Positions 1 through 9,201 of a stretch of 64,000 bases of DNA are shown here, in pieces. The stretch spans positions 1,076,589 through 1,140,588 of the forward strand of contig BOKX01000001.1 in the NCBI GenBank assembly GCA_016861205.1. The letters run 5' to 3'. The stretch's first letter is position 1. Each line of letters starts with the position of its first letter. The translations under genes were made by a program, and so were the position numbers. This DNA is from Patescibacteria group bacterium (GTDB lineage: Bacteria; Patescibacteriota; Microgenomatia; UBA1400; PJMF01). Below the pieces are notes generated by a model that searched no databases, was not told the DNA's origin, and worked only from the letters and a program-made list of their open reading frames with translations.

Positions 1-762
1 GCCTTTTTGAGCGTAGGGTTCAGCCTGTAACCAGTCTATGAATGCGTTGTACGCTGCTTGTTCACGGTTGGTAGGGAACCGTTGTTTTTCTTGAAAGTGC
101 AATGCTGGCTCGATGCAGAGTACGGCCGGTGACTTTAGGTAGCCTAAACTTGTCAAAAGTTCAGACCAGAAGGCGGTGTACATGAGCATCACAGGGGCTG
201 CGGCCAGATCCGTGAAAGCGGGAGCCCCAATTGCTTGGGCCAAAACTTGAACTTGGTCTCTCAAGGCAACTTCAATATCAGATGTTAGCACCATCTGGAT
301 ATCTAGTACGCCAATGCGGCGAGCTAATCGTTCTAAAAGTTTCTGCACTTGTTTGGCTTGCTGGGTGAACCTGGGGGTATCAAGACCGGTCAGCTGTGCA
401 AACAACGAGTCTTCGCTGACAAACAGAACACGACTGTCTTGGACGAAACCGACGGTTTCAAAAAGTTGGTCAAGTCTGACCAGTTCGCTGGCTTTTTGCC
501 AATTTTGGGCCGGCGATTTAAGGTCACCAGTGAAGAGCTGGCAAACGCCACCGATGATGGTCTCCCAGCGGTTACCCAAACAGGCGCGCTCGATAGTTTG
601 GGCGGCCGGCCAGAGTGACTGAGCTTGTTTCTCGGCAAGTGGTTTGGCAGATGGGGCATATGCCCACCGGGTACTATCGATAGCTGCCAAACGGCTGGGG
701 TCAAGTCGAGCGGCCCTGATTTTGCTGAGTTGATCGTAATTGTAAAGTTGTTCGTTTTTCAT
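1..762 (-). CDS. hypothetical protein (3' end truncated by window edge)
   Basis: An ATG at 762-760 on the minus strand opens a reading frame (MKNEQLYNYDQLSKIRAARLDP...) that runs uninterrupted to position 1. It is absent from the ORF track because no stop lies inside the window. An AGGAAA sequence sits 6 nt upstream of the ATG. Confidence 0.45.
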   Translation of the reverse strand, partial: MKNEQLYNYDQLSKIRAARLDPSRLAAIDSTRWAYAPSAKPLAEKQAQSLWPAAQTIERACLGNRWETIIGGVCQLFTGDLKSPAQNWQKASELVRLDQLFETVGFVQDSRVLFVSEDSLFAQLTGLDTPRFTQQAKQVQKLLERLARRIGVLDIQMVLTSDIEVALRDQVQVLAQAIGAPAFTDLAAAPVMLMYTAFWSELLTSLGYLKSPAVLCIEPALHFQEKQRFPTNREQAAYNAFIDWLQAEPYAQKG

Positions 763-802
763 AAAATTTCCTAAAAAAGTTGTTGATAATTGAGTGAGGG
801 GC

Positions 803-828
803 ACAAAAAAGCCCCGCCGGAGCGGGGC
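803..828 (-). terminator. putative rho-independent terminator (GC hairpin GCCCCGC-CGGA-GCGGGGC followed by TTTTTT on minus strand)
   Basis: A perfect 7-bp GC stem at 811-828 is followed on the minus strand by a T6 run (805-810). It lies downstream of the TrpR-like gene. Confidence 0.45.
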
Positions 829-919
829 AAACAGGCGTCAAAGTAACAACGCTAAATCACCCCGCAAGTTGCGTGGTGATGATGAAGAGCCAATGTTTGA
901 CGAATGAGCGTAACCATAC

Positions 920-972
920 CAGCATTATAATGCTGAAATAATGAATGTCAACATGTTAGCACGATAACATGT
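920..972. promoter_or_regulatory. two palindromic candidate operator sites (CAGCATTATAATGCTG 920-935; ACATGTTA-n6-TAACATGT 951-972)
   Basis: Both are perfect inverted repeats read directly from the sequence. They lie between the TrpR-like gene stop and the downstream gene. Confidence 0.3.
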
Positions 973-976
973 GTTA

Positions 977-1291
977 TTATCTGGTAGTGGGCGCGCCGTA
1001 GAGTTTTTTAAGAACCAACCTGTAGCCGCCCTGATTCTCTTTGAACAACCACTGTGCCACTCTGGTAACGGTAGTAGTGCTGGTGTCAGCTTGGCGGGCA
1101 ATTTCAAGGTACGGGAGAGATGTTGTCCAAAGCAGTCGGGCGATAAAGAATCGTTTTGAAAACTCAGCAATTTCAGCTGGTGTTAGCAAATCACGCAGAA
1201 AGTGTTGCACATCTGTTTCAGTTGGCAGAAGATGAAAAGCTTTTATGAGCTGTTTGGCATCTTTATCAGGGTAGGAGGTGTAGTTATTCAT
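977..1291 (-). CDS. TrpR-like DNA-binding protein, YerC/YecD family
   Basis: A 104-aa ORF. The C-terminal helix-turn-helix (TSTTTVTRVAQWL) and overall length match the small Trp-repressor-like YerC/YecD family. Confidence 0.65.
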   Translation of the reverse strand: MNNYTSYPDKDAKQLIKAFHLLPTETDVQHFLRDLLTPAEIAEFSKRFFIARLLWTTSLPYLEIARQADTSTTTVTRVAQWLFKENQGGYRLVLKKLYGAPTTR

Positions 1292-1378
1292 GGTAAATGG
1301 TGCTTTTTTTACTTTAAAGCTTAGTCAGATTATACCGTACCTTACATACTTTACGGTTGTGATCATTTACAAATCGAG

Positions 1379-2350
1379 GTGCCAGGATCTAGAGTAGAGG
1401 TCATGATTGAAACCGGACTTACTCCTGAAAACCAAGTTGTTTTGACGCGTGTTGCAGCTCAGATTGAAGAAGCCGCTCAACAAGCTTTGGATAGCAGTTT
1501 GACGCTAGAGCAGTTGATGGAAATTAAAAAAAAGCTGGATGCTATAAACGAAAAAATTACCGAATATGAATCTCTAGATGAGAAGAGTGTTTACCAGCTG
1601 CGAGTGTTTCGACTTAAGGTGGAAACCCAAGTCATTCGTTTACTTTTGGACAAAGCGCAGGCGAGACCATTTACCTCGTATACGCGAGATGAACAAATCG
1701 GCCTCTTAAACACGGCTGCCGAGCTAGATCAGCAGCCACAGATTCAGTATCAGACCGAGTATGTTGGATTTGGGTCAACTTTTCGGCCAATAGAGGGAAC
1801 CCCAAGGCACCGTGCGCGACAACTAAAAGAAGCTCTGCACCGTCAACCCAGACCTGTCACTGCCGATGAACTGCAGTTGCTCAAAACAGATCAGCAAAAA
1901 GTTCTCAAGGTCCACGCCCAGTTTCCCGTGGAGTTTGCCTTAGAGTTCCAGCGATTGATCGTGGAAGGGAAAGCCGCTGCCCAGCAGCTGTTTCAGCAAG
2001 GCAAAACTGGCCAGGAGGGGTTTGCCCAGGTGCCTTTGAATGTGATCTGGAGTTGGAAGATAAGTTTAGAGCCTAACACGACCAGTCCTCGGTTGGTCAT
2101 GTACCTGAATCCTGAACCAAGTATTGCCGCTGAAACCGCGCTATCAGCTGTTGCAGCCGATCTGAAGGCCAAGTGTCAGCATCTGGAGATTCCTGCTCCA
2201 GTTAACACACTCCCATATGACAAAGTTGAGCCAGATGCACCATGGTTATCCACCGCGCAAGGCGATCGGGACTTGAAAAATGCTTTGGCTCAGGTTGGGC
2301 AACTTGATGACTTGTTCGATGCCAGCACTGGCTACAGTCGGGTGAAGTAG
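1379..2350 (+). CDS. hypothetical protein (coiled-coil rich; start may be the internal ATG near 1403)
   Basis: A 323-aa ORF in an otherwise empty interval. No recognisable family motif. Confidence 0.5.
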   Translation: MPGSRVEVMIETGLTPENQVVLTRVAAQIEEAAQQALDSSLTLEQLMEIKKKLDAINEKITEYESLDEKSVYQLRVFRLKVETQVIRLLLDKAQARPFTSYTRDEQIGLLNTAAELDQQPQIQYQTEYVGFGSTFRPIEGTPRHRARQLKEALHRQPRPVTADELQLLKTDQQKVLKVHAQFPVEFALEFQRLIVEGKAAAQQLFQQGKTGQEGFAQVPLNVIWSWKISLEPNTTSPRLVMYLNPEPSIAAETALSAVAADLKAKCQHLEIPAPVNTLPYDKVEPDAPWLSTAQGDRDLKNALAQVGQLDDLFDASTGYSRVK

Positions 2351-2403
2351 TAACTATTTCCTGCAAAGCTTTCCGCACCTCACGAACTGGGGAAGTAGTC
2401 GAA

Positions 2404-2515
2404 TCTGAACAAACTGTCTTTTTGAACGCCTCACAAAGTGCGAAATGAGCAAAACCAAAGTGGAAGTGCCTACATCTGAACAAACTGTCTTTTTGAACGC
2501 CTCACGAAGTGCGAA
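2404..2515. repeat. tandem direct repeat, 2 copies of a ~41-nt core (period 71 nt) adjacent to tRNA-Ala
   Basis: The core tctgaacaaactgtctttttgaacgcctcac[a/g]aagtgcgaa occurs at 2404-2444 and again at 2475-2515. Confidence 0.6.
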
Positions 2516-2539
2516 GTGAAAAAAGACAGTTTGTGAAGA

Positions 2540-2613
2540 GTGGACCCGATCGGACTCGAACCGACTACCTTTGCAATGCGAATGCAACGCTCTACCAGGT
2601 GAGCTACGGGCCC
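2540..2613 (-). tRNA. tRNA-Ala (anticodon CGC)
   Basis: The reverse complement folds as a cloverleaf with a GGGCCCG acceptor stem, a G3:U70 wobble (the Ala identity element), a TTCGCAT anticodon loop, a GGTTCGAGTCC T-arm and discriminator A. Confidence 0.85.
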
Positions 2614-2649
2614 AAACAGACAGTTTGGACTGTCGAACAGACAAGGGGA

Positions 2650-3162
2650 TTATAACAAACGTAGCCGCATTTCGATCTCATCGAAATACTGACCTTGCCA
2701 CTTCACACTCTGTGGCCGGGTACCACACTGCTCAAAACCGTACTTTAGATATAACTCTAATGCTGGCTGGTTGCCACTAATGACGGTTAAGTAGACTTGT
2801 TCGATACCAGCTTTCTTTAGTTCAGCTGTGATGTGGTCGAGCAGTTCCTTGGCTCGGCCCTGATGACGCGCGTTTGGCGTCACATACAAACTAAACAATG
2901 AAACAATGTGCAGCTGTTTTGGCAGGTAGGACGAGGTAATTCGACAAAAAGCTACCAACTGATCCTCGTCGTCAAACATGCCCCAAAATCCAAAATGTGG
3001 TGGGGCATAGACGGCGTCCAGTTCTTGGCTGAAACTGTCTTCATGACGACTGCTTTCGTTATCAAAAGTTGCTAAAAACGCTTCAGGATTTTCCTGCAAA
3101 GCTTCAAGTCTCAGTTTCTGAAATTGTGAACCGTCTTGTGCCGTGAGCAACCTGATGTGCAT
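2650..3162 (-). CDS. GNAT family N-acetyltransferase
   Basis: A 170-aa ORF. It shows the acetyl-CoA-binding core pattern (HQGRAKELLDHI...GIEQVYLTV...N..A..LY.K.GF) typical of GNAT enzymes. Confidence 0.75.
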   Translation of the reverse strand: MHIRLLTAQDGSQFQKLRLEALQENPEAFLATFDNESSRHEDSFSQELDAVYAPPHFGFWGMFDDEDQLVAFCRITSSYLPKQLHIVSLFSLYVTPNARHQGRAKELLDHITAELKKAGIEQVYLTVISGNQPALELYLKYGFEQCGTRPQSVKWQGQYFDEIEMRLRLL

Positions 3163-3172
3163 ACGATTGTTG

Positions 3173-4312
3173 CTAACGTACCACGTCAGCAGTCAGATTC
3201 ACAACCCCGGTTTCCGTGAGCGCGAGCGTGTTTTCGTAGCGATAACCAAAGTCATGTTCAAAATAAACCCCAGGTTCGAGAGTAATCACAAGATTGAGCC
3301 GCAGTGGATCGTGGTTGGTAAAGTAAACAGACGGTGGCTCGTGAATGTCTAGGCCCACGCCGTGTCCAGTGGTGTGAATAAAGACTTTGTCAAACCCGGC
3401 CTCACGCAGGTAGGTGCGAACGATGGTATCGAGTTCGCCAACCGATGGGCCCGTTTTTTGTGTGGCCAACTTTGGTAACTGAGCTTGCAGCCACTCAAAA
3501 CCACGGGCATAGGCAGTATCAACGGCAGCTTTAGCGGCCGAGAATTCTGGACTGGGCTGTTTGCCATACCACATCGTTCTGGTCATATCACTGCGATAGC
3601 GTTGCCATGTCGCGCCAAAATCGATTAAGATTGGCATCTCTTTCTCAAGCGGTGTCTGATCAGGTTGGTGGTGGGGTAGGGCTGCATGGGCGCCAAAGGC
3701 GACAATTGTGGGAAACGCTACTCGTTCTGAACCCACTTTCTTCAACTCATTCTCTAGTCGCTCAGCCAACTCCAGCTCGGTTAAACCTGGTTTTAGCCAA
3801 CCTGGGACTTGAGACCAGACTTGGGCAGCTTGACGGCCAGCTACTTCAAGACACTTTAGTTCATACTCGTCTTTCATTTGCCGTACCTGCCAAAACCAAC
3901 TCGGATCAACTTCTGACCAGGTCAGGTCAGCTTGAGTCTCAGCCCGTAACTGACGAGCCTCGGTTACAGTGATGGATTGACCATCCAGCAAAACCTCGGT
4001 AATGCCAACTTGTTGATGCCATGTTGCAAGAGTTTGGGCTAGTACCTTCAGGTGTGTGCCAGCGATCACGGCTAGATCATGATCATGTGCGGCTGGTGCA
4101 AAGTCAGTAAAGCTAGCCCGATGCAGCTGGGCGGCGTGAGGAGCAATTAAGAGCCATGCTTCACGTTCTTCAGGCACCAAAAAAGGAAAGCCAGTGAAGT
4201 AGTGCAGATGGTTGGGTTGGGCAAGTAACACAACCTGATTTGGTTGGAGCTGACGAGCCAGTTCAGCTCGACGAGCAGCGAACAGGGGAGATTGATGAAC
4301 GTCGTTCGACAT
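3173..4312 (-). CDS. Xaa-Pro aminopeptidase / M24 family metallopeptidase
   Basis: The C-terminal pita-bread domain carries a signature HTTGHGVGLDIHE and an LEPGVY motif. Confidence 0.85.
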   Translation of the reverse strand: MSNDVHQSPLFAARRAELARQLQPNQVVLLAQPNHLHYFTGFPFLVPEEREAWLLIAPHAAQLHRASFTDFAPAAHDHDLAVIAGTHLKVLAQTLATWHQQVGITEVLLDGQSITVTEARQLRAETQADLTWSEVDPSWFWQVRQMKDEYELKCLEVAGRQAAQVWSQVPGWLKPGLTELELAERLENELKKVGSERVAFPTIVAFGAHAALPHHQPDQTPLEKEMPILIDFGATWQRYRSDMTRTMWYGKQPSPEFSAAKAAVDTAYARGFEWLQAQLPKLATQKTGPSVGELDTIVRTYLREAGFDKVFIHTTGHGVGLDIHEPPSVYFTNHDPLRLNLVITLEPGVYFEHDFGYRYENTLALTETGVVNLTADVVR

Positions 4313-5098
4313 CTATGGGGTGGCGGCGGTGCCTAGTAGTTGGACCAACGTCGCCGTCGTCACATTTGCATCGTTGGTGGTGCCGATGACTAACACAGAC
4401 ATACTGGTGGTGATATCTTTGAGGGCTACTTTATTGCCGGTTGAGTCTTGATACACGGTATTTTTGCCAAGGGTGTAAGTACGGGCTTCACCACCGGCTC
4501 GAGGAGAAACAACGACCTGGGTTTTGGTGACTGATTCAACATTGCCGAGAGTGATAACCCGAGGCACAGGTCGCAGTGATGTGCTGACGATAACTAAATG
4601 TTCAGGTACAAAGTCATCTTCTGGTTCTGAGCCAATGGCCACAATCCAGTCGCCAACAGCGACATCATCAACAGAGATTGGTTTTTTGCCTTTGACCATC
4701 GAAACGTCTTTGTTCAGCGGCAAGATGACGGTGGTCCGACTGGTTTTGACAGTGATGGTTTCGGCTGATACTCTGGTCACTTCGCCAACAATACCGCGAC
4801 GGCGGGTGCGTAATTGATCCAAAGCTCCTTTGACTTGCTCGCGTTTTTCTTCGACGATTCGCTCAATGCGCTCTTTAAGTTTCTGAGTGGTGACTTCGGC
4901 ACTTGGGCTGCTGATTGGTGATGACGCAGCTTGTGGCGTGGTTCTCGGTGAAGCTTTGGGCGTTGATGAAGGTGAGGGTGAAGGAGTGGGACTGGCTGCT
5001 AAAGCCAGTGTGGGGTAGATCAAACTCACCAGCACACTCAAAAACAAACCACCCAGCAGCTGGGAAAGTTTTGAAGGTGATGAGGTGATGTGTGACAT
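4313..5098 (-). CDS. membrane-anchored hypothetical protein with Pro/Ser/Thr-rich linker
   Basis: The start was trimmed to the MSHITSS ATG, 5 nt after the stop of the upstream gene. An N-terminal hydrophobic segment is followed by a PSPSPS low-complexity linker. Confidence 0.55.
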   Translation of the reverse strand: MSHITSSPSKLSQLLGGLFLSVLVSLIYPTLALAASPTPSPSPSSTPKASPRTTPQAASSPISSPSAEVTTQKLKERIERIVEEKREQVKGALDQLRTRRRGIVGEVTRVSAETITVKTSRTTVILPLNKDVSMVKGKKPISVDDVAVGDWIVAIGSEPEDDFVPEHLVIVSTSLRPVPRVITLGNVESVTKTQVVVSPRAGGEARTYTLGKNTVYQDSTGNKVALKDITTSMSVLVIGTTNDANVTTATLVQLLGTAATP

Positions 5099-5105
5099 AT
5101 GAGTT

Positions 5106-5663
5106 TTAGTTTGTTTTAGGACTGACTGTTGGTTTCGGGCTAACAGTAGTTTTGGGACTGGTGCTGGGTTTTGCGCTGCCCGCTGGTGAAGCGGCAGTTT
5201 TTGCCGAACTACTGCTGTCATCAATCGACAAAAATTCGTTAACTGCCAACACGACTGATCGCTCAACTGTTGTGGTTTGGCCGCTTGGATCAATTGAAGT
5301 TATCACAATAATGCTCCCACCAGGTGGCAAAGTGACAGTGGTGGAGAAGTGGCCACCATTGTCAGCGGTGGTGGTGATGTCCTGGGTGCCCAAGCTGATC
5401 ACAACTGTGGAGTCCGGAATGGTGGTACCAGCTACGGTGAGCTCACTTTCTGAAACCAACGACTCATCTTCCGGGCTGGAGATCACCAACGTGCTTGACG
5501 CAGTCACTGGACTGGCCATTGGGGTGGGCGTCGCGGCCATGTTAGAGTCGGAACTGAGCGAGTTGCTCGCCACGTAAATGCCGTAGGTCATGATGAGACC
5601 CAGCGTCACGCCGATTAGGATTGCTAAAATGACTTCCTTGCGCATACGTTCAGGAAACATCAT
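5106..5663 (-). CDS. membrane-anchored hypothetical surface protein (bacterial Ig-like region, Ser/Thr/Pro-rich tail)
   Basis: The start was chosen at MMFPERMRKEVILAILIG, a signal anchor preceded by TATAAT. An internal segment (DSTVVISLGTQDITTTADNGGHFSTTVTLPPGGSI) resembles an Ig-like fold. Its architecture is paralogous to the next gene. Confidence 0.5.
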   Translation of the reverse strand: MMFPERMRKEVILAILIGVTLGLIMTYGIYVASNSLSSDSNMAATPTPMASPVTASSTLVISSPEDESLVSESELTVAGTTIPDSTVVISLGTQDITTTADNGGHFSTTVTLPPGGSIIVITSIDPSGQTTTVERSVVLAVNEFLSIDDSSSSAKTAASPAGSAKPSTSPKTTVSPKPTVSPKTN

Positions 5664-5855
5664 TATAAATGAGATAGTTTGATTAGAAAACCCGCGCTTC
5701 AATCTGGAGTGCTTCTTGCAGAGTGCCTTCAGCTGCTGAGAAGGCATCTTCATGCACTCTGCAAAACGCATTTGATGAAAGTATGCTGCTGAAAGCGTGA
5801 ACTTGTTCTTCTGGAGTTGTTTTGGTATTCTCTAGCCAGAAAGTTCGAGGTGGAT

Positions 5856-6521
5856 ATGGATATCACATACTTGGGTCACTCCTGTTTCAAACTGCGGGGC
5901 ACCGATGGCACGGTGGTCATGGACCCGTACACCGACATGGTGGGTTTCTCACTGCCGACCGTCAGTGCTGATGTGGTAACTGTTTCCCATCAACACGCTG
6001 ACCACAATAACGTGGCCGTCGTGGGGGGAACAGCTCGTCGCGATAAGCCATTTGTAATTACTGAGCCAGGTGAGTATGAAGTGGGCGGAATTTCTGTTTT
6101 CGGCGTGCCGAGTTTTCACGATGAACATCAAGGTGTTGAACGAGGTTCCAACACCATGTTCACTGTCTTGTTGGATGGCGTTCGGATTTGTCACTTAGGT
6201 GACTTAGGTCACGAATTGAGTCCCGAGCAGCTGGAAGCTATTGGCGAGATAGACGTGTTGTTATGTCCAGTAGGTGGTAACTTTACCGTTGACCCAGTTA
6301 CGGCAATCAAAGTGATTCAAGCCCTCGAACCACGAATTCTAGTGCCTATGCATTATCGAACCGAGCTGCACAAGCCGGAAGTTTTTGGTGATGTCAAAAC
6401 CTTGACGGAGTTCATTAACGAGTACGGTAGCAATCCTGCCCCGGTTGAAAAACTAACTTTGGAGGCACATAAGTTGCCAGAAGAAACTGAGTTAGTGATC
6501 ATTCAGCCGCAGATCAAGTAA
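5856..6521 (+). CDS. MBL-fold metallo-hydrolase
   Basis: It has an HQHADH (HxHxDH) zinc-binding motif and a conserved histidine in the C-terminal region (PMHY). The start was set at MDITYLGHS. Confidence 0.8.
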   Translation: MDITYLGHSCFKLRGTDGTVVMDPYTDMVGFSLPTVSADVVTVSHQHADHNNVAVVGGTARRDKPFVITEPGEYEVGGISVFGVPSFHDEHQGVERGSNTMFTVLLDGVRICHLGDLGHELSPEQLEAIGEIDVLLCPVGGNFTVDPVTAIKVIQALEPRILVPMHYRTELHKPEVFGDVKTLTEFINEYGSNPAPVEKLTLEAHKLPEETELVIIQPQIK

Positions 6522-6530
6522 GGAATCTAC

Positions 6531-7841
6531 ATGCCATCGCGATTGCCACCACATGATAGTACGGTGGAAGCCTCTGTTTTAGGGTCGATCATGATTGACC
6601 CCGAAGCCATCATTAAGGTGGCTGATATTTTGCGCCCCGAGAGTTTTTACGATCCGCAACATCAGGCAATTTACGAAGCCATGCAGTCGCTGTTTGAAAA
6701 GCGACAGCCAATTGATGTGGTGACGTTAACTGCCCAGCTAAAGAAACTCAAAAAACTCGAAGCAGCCGGCGGCGCTTCAAAATTAACTGAACTAGCCAGC
6801 TTAATGGCCACTTCAGCCAATGTTTTAGATTACGCCAAAACCGTCAGTGAGATGGCTACCAAACGGTTTGTGATCAGTATGGCCGGTGATGTGAGTACCA
6901 TGGCTTTTGATGATTCTCAAGAAGCCCAGAATGTTTTGAGCGAGTTGGAGCAACGCGTGTTTGCGCTGTCACAGCGCAGTACAGCTAAAGCGTTTTTGCC
7001 GATTAAGGACACGCTAGCTGAGAGTTTTGAACGACTCGATGAACTGCAGCGCTTGGGTAGTGACATCCGCGGTTTGCCAACAGGTTTTCAGGATTTGGAC
7101 AAAATCTTGGCTGGCATGCAGAAGTCAAACTTGATTATCTTGGCTGCCCGGCCAGGTATGGGTAAAACTGCCTTTGCTTTAAACATCGCTCAACATGTGG
7201 CTGTGACTGCCCGCAAAAAAATTGGCGTGTTTTCGTTGGAAATGAGTCGGGAAGAGTTGGTGGATCGTTTGCTGGTCGGGCAGGCTGATATCGACGCTTG
7301 GCGGTTGAAAACTGGCCGTCTGGATCAACAAGATTTCCTCAAACTTTCAGACGCCATGGGTGTACTGGCTGATGCGCAAATTTTTATTGACGATACCCCC
7401 GGTATGTCGATCTTTGAGATGCGCACAAAAGCCCGCCGGCTGATGATTGAACACCACATTGACATGCTGATCGTCGACTACCTGCAGCTGGCACAAGGTC
7501 GGACCAAAGACAATCGCGTGCAAGAAGTGGCTGAAATTTCGCAGGGTCTGAAGAATATCGCTCGTGAACTGAAAGTCCCAGTTTTGGCTTTGTCACAGCT
7601 GTCTCGTGCCGTCGAGAGTCGGGGAGAGCGCATTCCGCAGTTATCTGACTTGCGCGAATCAGGCTCCATCGAGCAGGATGCCGACGTAGTTTTGTTCCTG
7701 TATCGCAAAGACGATGACATTCGTGAGGCAGTCAGCTTGAAAATTGCCAAACACCGGAACGGTGCTCTGGGCGACATCGATCTCTACTTCCGTGGAGAAC
7801 GCATTAAGTTTTACGGCATGGAAACCCGCCGCATGGGCTAG
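6531..7841 (+). CDS. dnaB: replicative DNA helicase DnaB
   Basis: A 436-aa protein with an N-terminal DnaB domain (EASVLGSIMIDPEAI), a Walker A motif (GMGKTAFALNIA) and a RecA-like C-terminal domain. No intein is inserted. Confidence 0.9.
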   Translation: MPSRLPPHDSTVEASVLGSIMIDPEAIIKVADILRPESFYDPQHQAIYEAMQSLFEKRQPIDVVTLTAQLKKLKKLEAAGGASKLTELASLMATSANVLDYAKTVSEMATKRFVISMAGDVSTMAFDDSQEAQNVLSELEQRVFALSQRSTAKAFLPIKDTLAESFERLDELQRLGSDIRGLPTGFQDLDKILAGMQKSNLIILAARPGMGKTAFALNIAQHVAVTARKKIGVFSLEMSREELVDRLLVGQADIDAWRLKTGRLDQQDFLKLSDAMGVLADAQIFIDDTPGMSIFEMRTKARRLMIEHHIDMLIVDYLQLAQGRTKDNRVQEVAEISQGLKNIARELKVPVLALSQLSRAVESRGERIPQLSDLRESGSIEQDADVVLFLYRKDDDIREAVSLKIAKHRNGALGDIDLYFRGERIKFYGMETRRMG

Positions 7842-7867
7842 TCAGGTCTGCAGATTTGACAGAGGAT

Positions 7868-8113
7868 CTACGCCTTGGTGTAGCTGAACAACAGGCCAAT
7901 CAGCCCACCGGATACTACCAAGAACATCAGGAAAAAGCCGAGATTAGCTTTGAGGCTGCGCATCGACTGCTCAGGATTGGGCCGATCAGTACTGATGATA
8001 ATCACTAGGGAAATGCCGAGCCAAATCACACCACGCAGCACAATTGACCAGATGCTATCGACAGCAATAGCTTGCTGGACCAGGTTGCGAAACAGCTCCA
8101 TAAATGAGTCCAT
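7868..8113 (-). CDS. small hypothetical membrane protein
   Basis: An 81-aa ORF with two hydrophobic helices that fills the gap between dnaB and tRNA-Leu. Confidence 0.4.
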   Translation of the reverse strand: MDSFMELFRNLVQQAIAVDSIWSIVLRGVIWLGISLVIIISTDRPNPEQSMRSLKANLGFFLMFLVVSGGLIGLLFSYTKA

Positions 8114-8248
8114 GCTTCAACTTTACGTGAGTCTCATCAAAAATGCAACGCAAGGCAGTTTTTGTGACAAGCAGATGTTTTAAAATTGGCACCAGCCTGA
8201 TATACTTACGGCCTGATCTCGCGAGTTCGCGAGCTCACTTCACCACCT

Positions 8249-8332
8249 GGCGCGGTGGCGGAATTGGTAGACGCGTAGGTCTCAAAAACCTATGAAGGCA
8301 ACTTCGTGAGGGTTCGATTCCCTCCCGCGCCA
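8249..8332 (+). tRNA. tRNA-Leu (anticodon CAA)
   Basis: The GGCGCGG/CCGCGCC acceptor stem, D-arm GCGG-AATTGGTAG-ACGC, CTCAAAA anticodon loop, long variable arm, GGTTCGATTCC T-arm and discriminator A are all present. It closely matches the canonical bacterial tRNA-Leu layout. Confidence 0.85.
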
Positions 8333-8375
8333 CTTTCCTGCCCGGAAAGTTACAAGTTCTTAACAAAGGAGCTGT

Positions 8376-9170
8376 ATGGTGACATCCCCCCAAGAGTTAG
8401 TGGCTGCAAAAGCCCGAGCCCGTGAAATAGAGGGATTAGTTGATGATCCGATTACTGCTGCGATTGCCTATGAGTTATTACTGGCGTTGGTCCAAGAACA
8501 GGTAGCAGGGCATGATCAGGGTTCCAGTAGGTTGCCAGCCAAGGTTGACGGGTTACGATCTTACAAGGATGGAGAGCGAGTTTGGTTAGATGTTGACTAT
8601 CTGCCTCATCCAGGATGGTCTGGTCCGGGTGCTGAAACAGTCGCGGTCCAGCGTAATGATTCTGATGTACTGCCACTGAGTACACTGCGAACTGGCAGTG
8701 GAATGAGGACAGTGTCACTCGATCCCACGCTACCAGGAGAGGTAGTAGTTAGCTTTAGGGGTCCAAAAGGTGTTGAAGGTCAAGCAGCTCAGTTTGCTAA
8801 TCATGCTTTTACACTTGGGCGGACGCTCGAGCAAACTGCTAGTGATGCCTTAGTTGAAAAAATTGAAGATCAGGTTGATGCGAGTCGAACCGGTGGATTT
8901 TTGACAGATTGGCTGAGGTATCAGATCCACACTTTGTCGGCTCAAGTGTTGGAAATGGCCACACCTCCAGATACAAACAAAACATCACTGTTGTTAGCCC
9001 TCAACGGTAACGAACGCCACAGTTTGCAACAGTACCTGATTCTGCTACATGAGATGTTATCTGACATTATTCAGGTCAAACCTATAGCCGAGTTAACAGA
9101 TGAACTTCATCTGCTGGCTGAATTGACCACTGCAGTTAAGACGGTGACTCAAAGCATTGAGAAACAATAG
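8376..9170 (+). CDS. hypothetical protein
   Basis: A 264-aa ORF with GGAG-like sequence upstream. No recognisable motif. Confidence 0.5.
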   Translation: MVTSPQELVAAKARAREIEGLVDDPITAAIAYELLLALVQEQVAGHDQGSSRLPAKVDGLRSYKDGERVWLDVDYLPHPGWSGPGAETVAVQRNDSDVLPLSTLRTGSGMRTVSLDPTLPGEVVVSFRGPKGVEGQAAQFANHAFTLGRTLEQTASDALVEKIEDQVDASRTGGFLTDWLRYQIHTLSAQVLEMATPPDTNKTSLLLALNGNERHSLQQYLILLHEMLSDIIQVKPIAELTDELHLLAELTTAVKTVTQSIEKQ

Positions 9171-9201
9171 CTCAAGATTTGTTCCCGTTACTCGCAGTTA
9201 C

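Noticed and set aside
314-704. Three overlapping ORFs (314..622 +, 349..618 +, 390..704 -) at the left edge
   Set aside because: They lie inside and antisense or out of frame to the longer minus-strand reading frame that runs from 762 to the window edge. They are shadow ORFs of that gene.
6531-7841. Intein or mobile insertion in dnaB
   Set aside because: The protein is 436 aa with contiguous helicase motifs, and no extra domain is present.
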